Positions 1 through 6,630 are shown, numbered from the stretch's first letter. The stretch: DNA of 29,841 nucleotides from a virus (IMGVR_UViG_3300020420_000045:1-29841), one strand, 5' to 3'. Numbers and translations are program-made. Notes: generated from the letters alone by a model not told the origin.

Positions 1-1156
1 GGCATATCTTGGATGGCCTAAAGGTAGCAAAACAAACTTTACAAGTTTGTACGGCTGGAGCTTTTTCATTTCTTCTTTTAGATCTAGGTTTGCATTGTAA
101 TGACCATTCTCTTGGCTCATCTACAAAACCATGTTCTCTTGTATTACCAACGTGATCTAATATTATGGCTGTCTTATTCTTTTGTGGTCTAAGGATACGT
201 CCTACTTGTTGCATATATAATCCCATCGATTTGGTTTTTCGCAGCAAGATTGCACAAGCAACTTCTGGAATATCAGTACCTTCAGAAACTATCATGCATG
301 AACATAAGACTTGAACAGAACCATTAGCTAAACCTTGTATAGCTTCATCTCTATCTTTTTCTTTCATCTTGCCATCAACAACAGCAGCTTTATATCCAGC
401 CTTCTTAAATTTTTCACAAGTAATTTTTGCGTGATCGATTGAAACACAAAAAGCTATAGCTGGTAAACCATCTGCGTGTGCTTTATATTGCTCTACTGCA
501 TCTCCAACAATATCTGCTTGTATTGTTTCTTCTGCTAACTGCTTAAGGTTATAGTCACCACCGATAGTTTTTATCTTAGATACGTTTAGGTTATTAGGTG
601 GGGCATAAACAATATGAGGAGCTAAGAATCCTTTTGATACAAGATGAGGAATATTTACACCAACTACTAAATCTTCAAAATAAAACCCTAAGTTATTTCC
701 GTCTAATCTTTCTGGAGTAGCTGTTACTCCTAAAGTAATTGCGTCTGGATATTTGTTAAGAACTTTAGTCCAAGTATTATTAGGTGCTACATGATGAGCT
801 TCATCAACAATAATTAGATCAGGTTGAAAATGACTCATAAAGTTAAGTCTATTTATCAAAGTCTGAACAGAAGCAACTTGAATGCTGCATTGTTTCCAAG
901 GTTTCCCAGATTGAATCACACCATGCTCTACATCAAAAGATGTAAGTTTATCGCTGGCTTGTTGTACAAGTTCTTTTTTATGAACAAGAATTAAGACGTT
1001 TTTATCGTTTTCAAAGCAATTTTTAGTAATTTTAGAGAAAATAACAGTTTTTCCAGCACCTGTAGGTAATACAAGCATTAACTTCTTCTTACCTTGATTT
1101 ATTTTCTTTTTTAAAGCATTAAGACAATCTTCTTGATACTTTCTTTTTTCTAGCAT
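1..1156 (-). CDS. Superfamily II DEAD/DEAH-box helicase (RadD/YejH-like), 3' end runs off the window
   Basis: Not in the ORF track; translated manually from ATG at 1156 (MLEKRKYQEDCL...). Shows motif I LPTGAGKT, motif II IIVDEAHH, motif III GVTATP, EGTDIP, motif VI QQVGRILR and a C-terminal CKVC...IC Zn-finger start. Confidence 0.93.
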   Translation of the reverse strand, partial: MLEKRKYQEDCLNALKKKINQGKKKLMLVLPTGAGKTVIFSKITKNCFENDKNVLILVHKKELVQQASDKLTSFDVEHGVIQSGKPWKQCSIQVASVQTLINRLNFMSHFQPDLIIVDEAHHVAPNNTWTKVLNKYPDAITLGVTATPERLDGNNLGFYFEDLVVGVNIPHLVSKGFLAPHIVYAPPNNLNVSKIKTIGGDYNLKQLAEETIQADIVGDAVEQYKAHADGLPAIAFCVSIDHAKITCEKFKKAGYKAAVVDGKMKEKDRDEAIQGLANGSVQVLCSCMIVSEGTDIPEVACAILLRKTKSMGLYMQQVGRILRPQKNKTAIILDHVGNTREHGFVDEPREWSLQCKPRSKRRNEKAPAVQTCKVCFATFRPSKIC

Positions 1157-1170
1157 TTTATCCTAAAAGG

Positions 1171-1199
1171 TTGCATTTTATATTAATAGCATATATGAT
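1171..1199 (+). promoter_or_regulatory. Putative sigma70-type promoter for the recombination operon
   Basis: TTGCAT (1171-1176), 17 bp spacer, TATGAT (1194-1199), about 20 nt upstream of ATG 1221. Confidence 0.6.
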
Positions 1200-1216
1200 A
1201 TAGCAAGATATGTCAA
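1188..1216 (-). promoter_or_regulatory. Putative sigma70-type promoter for the helicase, overlapping the divergent promoter
   Basis: Minus strand TTGACA (1216-1211), 17 bp spacer, TATGCT (1193-1188). Confidence 0.65.
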
Positions 1217-1220
1217 TTCT

Positions 1221-2060
1221 ATGTACAAACCAGTAGTCATGACAAATGACGACTATCACAAACACAAGAATTACTCCAGCACAAATGTTAGAGCTTTTCT
1301 TGATAACGATGAAAAAGGATTGGCTAGTTTAGTTCCGAGTACTAAACCGCCATCCAAAGCAATGATTGAAGGTACTGCTGTTCATGCATATATAGGAGAA
1401 CCTCATTTATTTAAAAGAGATTTTGTTTGCAAACCTGTGGATCTATCTCTTAGAACAAAAGAAGGAAAACAATGGGCTGCTGATAACGCAGATAAGATTG
1501 TTCTTGATACTGAGTTCTACAACAACTTACCTCATATCGCTGAGTCTTTTTATAGGAGTCCAGCTAAAGATATATATTTAAAAGATGGTTTAGTTGAAAG
1601 AAGTTTTTTCTGGGAAGATGATTACGGAGTTTCTTGCAAGTGCCGACCTGATTGGATTAGTAAAGACTTTCGTAGAATCATCGATCTTAAAACAACAGCC
1701 GATGCACATCCAAGAAAATTTAAAAGATCAATCGTAGATTACCGTTACGATATCCAAGCTGCTTTTTATATGAGAGGTGTAGAAGTTTGTACTAAGGTTA
1801 CTCCAGAAGTTTTTTATTTTATAGCAATAGAAAAGGTAGCACCTTTCTGTGTTGCTGTTTATCAGATTACTGATGATTGGTTATTAATAGGCCAAAAAGA
1901 TGTTCATGAAGCTTTATACCGAATAGATCGTGTTATTCAGTCAGGAGAACCGCAAGGCTATACCCCAGAAATTATGGCACTATCTCCTCCAGAGTGGATA
2001 AATAGTCCATCAAAGAAAAAGGTTACACCTTTAAATTATCATGAAATCCCTTTGTTCTAA
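1221..2060 (+). CDS. RecE/exonuclease VIII-like PD-(D/E)XK nuclease (DUF3799-like)
   Basis: Motifs GTAVH, E-x-S-x-FW, CKCRPDW, IIDLKTT, YRYDIQAAFY, FIAIEK; lies next to a RecT-like gene. Confidence 0.88.
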   Translation: MYKPVVMTNDDYHKHKNYSSTNVRAFLDNDEKGLASLVPSTKPPSKAMIEGTAVHAYIGEPHLFKRDFVCKPVDLSLRTKEGKQWAADNADKIVLDTEFYNNLPHIAESFYRSPAKDIYLKDGLVERSFFWEDDYGVSCKCRPDWISKDFRRIIDLKTTADAHPRKFKRSIVDYRYDIQAAFYMRGVEVCTKVTPEVFYFIAIEKVAPFCVAVYQITDDWLLIGQKDVHEALYRIDRVIQSGEPQGYTPEIMALSPPEWINSPSKKKVTPLNYHEIPLF

Positions 2061-2215
2061 TGTCTTTTGAAATTAAACGCATACAGCAAAGACTGGACGA
2101 ATTAGAAAAAGATTCTAAGGGCATCGAGATTATGAGGCTTGTTTTACTTGAAGTAAACGAAACCTTAATTGACATCAAACAAAGATTATTACAATTGGAG
2201 ATCAATCAAAAATGA
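2060..2215 (+). CDS. Small coiled-coil hypothetical protein (51 aa)
   Basis: MSFEIKRIQQRLDELEKDSKG...LEINQK; coupled to both neighbours by TAATG and ATGA overlaps. Confidence 0.75.
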   Translation: MSFEIKRIQQRLDELEKDSKGIEIMRLVLLEVNETLIDIKQRLLQLEINQK

Positions 2216-2871
2216 CATCAGAAATCACACCAACAACAAATGACGAGTCTTCTATCTATTTACAGGATTCTGCATTTGAAATGGCACAAAGACAAGCTAG
2301 AAGTTTAGCTGCTTCTACTTTAGTTCCAACAGAATATAGAGGAGAACAAGGTTTAGGTAATTGCATTGTTGCATTAGACATTGCAAAACGTATGAACATA
2401 AGTCCTCTTACTGTTATGCAAAATCTAATCATTGTACATAACAGACCATCTTGGAGTAGTGCTTGGATCATTGCACAAATACAAGGTTGTGGACGCTATG
2501 AAAATTTTAATTATGAATTATCTGGCGAAGGAGAAAAGATGAAATGTTATTGCACTGCTATTAGAGTTAGTGATGGTAAAAACATTAAAGGATCTACTGT
2601 ATCTATTGCAATGGCAAAAGCAGAAGGCTGGACTAGAAATAGTAAATGGAGAACAATGCCAGAGCAAATGCTTAAATATCGAGCAGCAACATTCTTTGGC
2701 AGACAATACATACCTGATCTACTATTAGGTGTACAAACAAGTGAAGAAGTTGTGGACATCACACCTCTTGATGTAACTCCTGTAGAGATTAATCCAAGTC
2801 TCAAGAAAGCAAAAGCAAGTGCTGAAGGTGCTAAAAACATTACGGAGAAACAAGATGACTTCGACTTCTAA
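2212..2871 (+). CDS. RecT-like single-strand annealing recombinase
   Basis: Motifs LVPTEYRG..GNC..A..., VMQNL.IV..RPSW, AKAEGW...SKW.TMPEQML.YRA..FF.R...PD.LLG; downstream of a RecE-like nuclease. Confidence 0.82.
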   Translation: MTSEITPTTNDESSIYLQDSAFEMAQRQARSLAASTLVPTEYRGEQGLGNCIVALDIAKRMNISPLTVMQNLIIVHNRPSWSSAWIIAQIQGCGRYENFNYELSGEGEKMKCYCTAIRVSDGKNIKGSTVSIAMAKAEGWTRNSKWRTMPEQMLKYRAATFFGRQYIPDLLLGVQTSEEVVDITPLDVTPVEINPSLKKAKASAEGAKNITEKQDDFDF

Positions 2872-3058
2872 TAATCCTGTTTACCTTACATCTAATGAAC
2901 TTGCCGAAAGATGGCGAGTTTCTATTAGTTCCGTTATCAGATGGAGAGAACAGGGTAAACCCCCTGCTTTCTATAAAATCAACGGCAACATCCTTTATAA
3001 GCTGGCCGATATAGAGGATTTAGAGAAGGCCAATCGTAAATCTACTACCTCTAACTAA
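2855..3058 (+). CDS. Excisionase/MerR-like helix-turn-helix DNA-binding protein
   Basis: YLTSNELAERWRVSISSVIRWREQGKPP.F.KING.ILY...DIE is an HTH_17-like pattern; ATG 2855 preferred over the track start. Confidence 0.8.
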   Translation: MTSTSNNPVYLTSNELAERWRVSISSVIRWREQGKPPAFYKINGNILYKLADIEDLEKANRKSTTSN

Positions 3059-3435
3059 TGACTTTTAAGATCAAATTAGCAGTCTTTTCTAACACAGATG
3101 AAGACCATAAAAGAGTTTATGGTGACAACTATGACTCAAGTAAAAACTATCCTAAATACTCAGGACAAATGCAAATCCCTGAGTCTGAGTTACCTAAATT
3201 TATCGAATACTTACAAAAATGTAAGCCTGATCACAATGAATACTTAGGTGAACCAGCAATACCTGTTAAAGTTAATGGATGGTTATCTACATCTAATAAA
3301 GGTGTAAAGTATCAAGGTCTTACTTTCGAACCTGTTTTTAAAAAACAGAAAGAAATTGAAGAAGGAACTAATCAAGCAGATCCTAAAGACTTCAAACTTA
3401 CGGAGAAAAAGCAAGACGAGGAGTTTCCCTTTTAA
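3058..3435 (+). CDS. Putative single-stranded DNA-binding protein
   Basis: Beta-rich core (PKYSGQMQI, VKVNGWLSTS..GVKYQGL), acidic-aromatic tail DEEFPF, position in the recombination operon. Confidence 0.55.
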   Translation: MTFKIKLAVFSNTDEDHKRVYGDNYDSSKNYPKYSGQMQIPESELPKFIEYLQKCKPDHNEYLGEPAIPVKVNGWLSTSNKGVKYQGLTFEPVFKKQKEIEEGTNQADPKDFKLTEKKQDEEFPF

Positions 3436-3439
3436 TTAT

Positions 3440-3554
3440 GTGGCATTAGTTTTCTATGTAAGCCCACTTTTTTGCTATAAGATCCCTTTCGGTCAGTTGG
3501 CTTGAATTATCTTATTATCCGTTCACTTACAAGTTTACCTGTACTTAACAGGTA
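3440..3554 (+). ncRNA. Structured repeat unit 1 (candidate guide RNA)
   Basis: 5' hairpin GTGGCAT-TAGttttCTA-TGTAAGCCCAC (3440-3467); 12 phased NNT-NN pentamers (3471-3530) ending CTTACAAG; 3' hairpin TACCTGT-actta-ACAGGTA. Confidence 0.75.
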
Positions 3555-3582
3555 TCTATATTTATTTACTATTTCTAAAATT

Positions 3583-4254
3583 ATGGCACTTTATAAAGTC
3601 CGTGGAACACTTACAGGTGTTACTCCAATACAACTTCAAAATTTTAAGTATCAGCATCCATCAGAACCGCTATACAAAATTCGTACACCAATCTCACAAA
3701 AAAGAAAAAAAACAGAAGAGGATCATATAACTCTTTCTAAATTAGATTTTCTTATGTCTTGTCATTGGCAAATTGATAATACAGATGATTGTGATTGCAT
3801 TGTTGATAGTAACGGCAATGTATCTTTTGCAGGGTTTAAAAATCCATATATGCCAGCAGAAATGTTGCGTAAATCAATTAGAAATTCTGCAAAAGCACTT
3901 AACAACAGAAAAGGCTCTGCATTTGATAGAGGTGTAACCGTTACAAAAGATATGCTTCTTAACTTTAAAGGTGAAAAAGATTGTAATACTATGTGGAATG
4001 ACAAATTATATGTAAGACTACGAGGTGAAAGAAATGGTAATTTGATATGGATTACTAGAGTAAAAATTCCTGATTGGTCTGTTAATTTTTCATTAACTTG
4101 TGATACAAGTCAAGTTGAATTATCAGAACTTGAAACCATGTTAACAGCAAGTGGTATGTATTCTGGGGTCGGCAGTTATAGACCTGAGAACGGTGGTAAT
4201 GCAGGGAAGTTTACGGTGTCAAACTTTGCATATGAGGAAACTGTTTTAATATAA
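3583..4254 (+). CDS. Stand-alone RAMP/Cas7-like RNA-binding protein (223 aa)
   Basis: N-terminal strand VRGTLTGVTPIQL, RAMP-like PYMPAEMLRKSIRNSAK, C-terminal glycine-rich loop GVGSYRPENGGNAGKFTV. ATG 3583 chosen because the track start (3502) lies inside repeat unit 1. Confidence 0.65.
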   Translation: MALYKVRGTLTGVTPIQLQNFKYQHPSEPLYKIRTPISQKRKKTEEDHITLSKLDFLMSCHWQIDNTDDCDCIVDSNGNVSFAGFKNPYMPAEMLRKSIRNSAKALNNRKGSAFDRGVTVTKDMLLNFKGEKDCNTMWNDKLYVRLRGERNGNLIWITRVKIPDWSVNFSLTCDTSQVELSELETMLTASGMYSGVGSYRPENGGNAGKFTVSNFAYEETVLI

Positions 4255-4258
4255 AAAT

Positions 4259-4378
4259 CTAGGCTTCTTCGGTGTAAGTCCTAGTTTTCCGTTATTATGC
4301 CTCTCCTTGGCTTGTATTCCCTTAATTTAAAATTTATTTTTATCCCTTAAATTACAAGTCCGCCTGTACTTAACAGGC
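4259..4378 (+). ncRNA. Structured repeat unit 2 (candidate guide RNA)
   Basis: CTAGGCTTCttcgGTGTAAGTCCTAG hairpin; 14 phased pentamers (4286-4355); GCCTGT-actta-ACAGGC hairpin. Confidence 0.78.
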
Positions 4379-4390
4379 ACAGAATTTTTC

Positions 4391-4520
4391 CTAGGCATCT
4401 TCGGTGTAAGTCCTAGTTTTATCTCCCCTTACATTCACTTCAGTTGTTTTGGCTCGTCTTATTTTGACTTCGGATGCCTTTATTTTTTATTACTTACAAG
4501 CTCGCCTGTGCTTAACAGGT
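4391..4520 (+). ncRNA. Structured repeat unit 3 (candidate guide RNA)
   Basis: CTAGGCATCttcgGTGTAAGTCCTAG hairpin; 16 phased pentamers (4418-4497); GCCTGT-gctta-ACAGGT hairpin; ACAGAATTTTTC linker on both sides. Confidence 0.78.
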
Positions 4521-4532
4521 ACAGAATTTTTC

Positions 4533-4636
4533 CTAGGCATAGATTATCTTGTAAGTCCTAGATCTTAGTCTCTTTGTAATTTCCTAATTTGGCTTTAGTT
4601 GACTTTGCTTACAAGTTTGCCTGTACTTAACAGGCA
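4533..4636 (+). ncRNA. Structured repeat unit 4 (candidate guide RNA)
   Basis: CTAGGCAT-AGAttaTCT-TGTAAGTCCTAG hairpin; 10 phased pentamers (4563-4612); TGCCTGT-actta-ACAGGCA hairpin. Confidence 0.75.
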
Positions 4637-4659
4637 CTCACTAACTTTATTTTTTTATC

Positions 4660-5166
4660 ATGCAAGAATTACCAATCCTGTCTATTGACTACCAAAAAAT
4701 ACGCAAAAATGACGTATTTACAGAAGAACAAGTTCTTCATCATTTTAAATATAATCTTTTAGGGGAAGAAGAATACAACAAACGTGTCGATAAATATCAT
4801 AGGAAAGAATATGTTTCTCATCCTGATGAATTTGCTTTTAGAGAAGTATCAAAAGCTATAGAAAATAATTGTAGAGAACTTGGTTATCCTGTTGTCGTAC
4901 AAACAAAGAGAAAACAAATTCATATTCTTGACGATAAGAATGCTGTTGAATATTTGTCTAACAGGGCTGATTTACATATGAAAAGCTTTGAGAAAAAAGT
5001 ACACAGACTTCACGTTGATATAGATGAAGATAAATTATCTGATTATGATAAAAAACAGTTTGAACATAAAAAAAATTACTATACCTTAGTGCAGGGACAT
5101 ATTTTACAAGGTCAAAAGTCCTTAAAAGAAATGAGAAAAAGGAAAAGATTAGAAGGTGACAATTAA
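4660..5166 (+). CDS. Hypothetical protein, candidate accessory of the RAMP/repeat system
   Basis: 168-aa charged, largely helical ORF starting 24 nt after unit 4; basic C-terminus. Confidence 0.75.
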   Translation: MQELPILSIDYQKIRKNDVFTEEQVLHHFKYNLLGEEEYNKRVDKYHRKEYVSHPDEFAFREVSKAIENNCRELGYPVVVQTKRKQIHILDDKNAVEYLSNRADLHMKSFEKKVHRLHVDIDEDKLSDYDKKQFEHKKNYYTLVQGHILQGQKSLKEMRKRKRLEGDN

Positions 5167-5254
5167 ACAAAAAATTGCAGCAGCAAAAAAACGAATAGCT
5201 GAATTAGAAGAACTAATTAAGCTATGGGAATTGAATGAAAATAAGCTAGACTAA
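5156..5254 (+). CDS. Small hypothetical coiled-coil peptide (32 aa)
   Basis: GTG start, MTIKQKIAAAKKRIAELEELIKLWELNENKLD; overlaps the end of the upstream gene and fills the gap. Confidence 0.55.
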   Translation: MTIKQKIAAAKKRIAELEELIKLWELNENKLD

Positions 5255-5274
5255 AAAAAACTATCTCTATCTTT

Positions 5275-5670
5275 ATGGCTTTAAATTTTTATAGTAAACA
5301 ATTAGGAAAAGAAATATGTCTCGATGCTTTATCTAAGATTAAAGGTGCTGAGTTAATTATTTTAAAAGATGAAATAGAATATGCTATTGAATCTATGAAT
5401 AAAAGTCTTATAGAAATAAAAGCACAAAAAGAAAGAGATAATGAACCATATGATAATGAATGGCATCAAAGAGTTAGAAGAAAACAAAAAGTATGTGAGG
5501 CTTTTCTACTAGAAATTGCAAAACAAGACGATTTGTTTGAAATTATTTATAAAAACTGCTTTGCTGAATTATTATTAGAAGTAATTAGCCATGAAGAATA
5601 TAGAAAAATAGAGCAAAGTGCAAAAGTTAAAACAGAATTTATTTTACTTGAAATGAAACAAAAATTATGA
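5275..5670 (+). CDS. Hypothetical protein
   Basis: 131-aa ORF with an ATGA overlap with the next gene. Confidence 0.75.
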   Translation: MALNFYSKQLGKEICLDALSKIKGAELIILKDEIEYAIESMNKSLIEIKAQKERDNEPYDNEWHQRVRRKQKVCEAFLLEIAKQDDLFEIIYKNCFAELLLEVISHEEYRKIEQSAKVKTEFILLEMKQKL

Positions 5671-5897
5671 AATCAAACAACTTTCCAGACAAAGAAATAT
5701 TAGCTATGACACCTGATATGGAAGGTGTTACCAGACCAGAAAAAAGTAAAAAAACAAAAAAATTTACTTTTATAGTAAAAGGAAATGGTATCGGATCTTC
5801 TCCTATGAAAATATCTACATATGCAGAGTCAATAACTAAAGCAATTAAATATGTAAAAGCACGATGGAAAAATTGTAATTGCGAACTTATCGATTAG
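5667..5897 (+). CDS. Hypothetical basic protein
   Basis: 76-aa ORF translationally coupled to the upstream gene. Confidence 0.7.
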   Translation: MKSNNFPDKEILAMTPDMEGVTRPEKSKKTKKFTFIVKGNGIGSSPMKISTYAESITKAIKYVKARWKNCNCELID

Positions 5898-6156
5898 TCT
5901 TTTTAGTATTCTTTGTTCTTGTTTTATCTATATGTTGTCCAGCTTGGCTTACAAGTTTTAATAAACGTAAATTATCGTTTGCGAGTTTTGATATTAAATC
6001 AGGCATCTCATCTGGATCTAATACGTCATACATATCTCTTAAAAACATTTCCACAGCAAACTCTTCTTCTAAACTAATTTCCACTATCATCCAATCGTCT
6101 GGTTTACGTCTACTTTTTTTAGTAAACCAACTCGACCAAGGAATTTGTATATCCAT
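5887..6156 (-). CDS. Hypothetical protein
   Basis: 89-aa ORF with natural composition; converges on 5667..5897. Confidence 0.7.
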   Translation of the reverse strand: MDIQIPWSSWFTKKSRRKPDDWMIVEISLEEEFAVEMFLRDMYDVLDPDEMPDLISKLANDNLRLLKLVSQAGQHIDKTRTKNTKKTNR

Positions 6157-6254
6157 GATGTCAGGAAACTGTAACTTATTATCAATTTATCTTAAATTTT
6201 TATTAAGTAAAGCTTATGAATTGTTATTAATATGAATAGATACACAACAAAATC

Positions 6255-6314
6255 ATGCCAGGACACTACGGAACAGGAAAAAAGAAAAAGAAAAAAGGGA
6301 CTAAGAAAAAATAG
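6255..6314 (+). CDS. Tiny lysine-rich peptide (19 aa)
   Basis: MPGHYGTGKKKKKKGTKKK; clean ATG to TAG in an otherwise empty gap. Confidence 0.5.
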   Translation: MPGHYGTGKKKKKKGTKKK

Positions 6315-6497
6315 TTAGTCTGGTAAAGAAGAAACTTTTCTACTAGGGAACAATTGTCTTTCTAAAAAATCAACAGCTTGATCATCTAAATTATTTGAAG
6401 TTTGCTTACAAATTGATCTAAGCAAATCAATGACCAATTGTTTACAAGCTGACGTAGAAAGAAACCTTATTAATAAAGGTTTTAAGATCTTTAACAT
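6315..6497 (-). CDS. Small cyanophage-type hypothetical protein
   Basis: 60 aa amphipathic; LKPLL..FL....KQLVIDLL......T.N.LDD.AV pattern recalled from cyanophages. Confidence 0.7.
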   Translation of the reverse strand: MLKILKPLLIRFLSTSACKQLVIDLLRSICKQTSNNLDDQAVDFLERQLFPSRKVSSLPD

Positions 6498-6549
6498 TTG
6501 TTTTACTTATAACATTTATTAGTCTAGCTTATTTAGCTATATTTAACAT

Positions 6550-6630
6550 AAGGGTAAGATCTGATCTGCTCTTACTCCTCACACACACTAAGCTCTAGTA
6601 TTTTTTAAGTTTTTTACTAGAGCTTTTTTA
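6550..6630 (+). ncRNA. Yfr1-like small RNA
   Basis: Exact Yfr1 core ACTCCTCACAC (6574-6584) between a 5' stem (GTAAGA/TCTTAC) and a terminator hairpin; TATATT -10-like box at 6538-6543. Confidence 0.65.
6590..6630 (+). terminator. Rho-independent terminator-like hairpin
   Basis: AAGCTCTAGTA (6590-6600) pairs with TACTAGAGCTT (6615-6625) and runs into a T tract. Confidence 0.7.

Noticed and set aside
2023-2840. Minus-strand ORFs 2023..2205, 2256..2471, 2518..2706, 2547..2840
   Set aside because: Antisense shadows of well-supported + strand genes.
2855-3058. Evidence that the window is an integrated prophage
   Set aside because: An excisionase-like HTH alone is insufficient; no integrase, att site or host flank is visible.
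3502-3582. N-terminal extension of the RAMP-like ORF given in the track
   Set aside because: This TTG start lies inside repeat unit 1; ATG 3583 gives a RAMP-like N-terminus.
4391-4416. tRNA T-arm, twister ribozyme or riboswitch (GGTGTAAGTCC)
   Set aside because: Only a short resemblance; no cloverleaf and no remaining conserved core could be found by eye.
4259-4636. Canonical CRISPR array
   Set aside because: The constant part is a composite of two hairpins plus a linker, the 'spacers' are 50-80 nt with internal 5-nt periodicity, and no cas1/cas2 is present.
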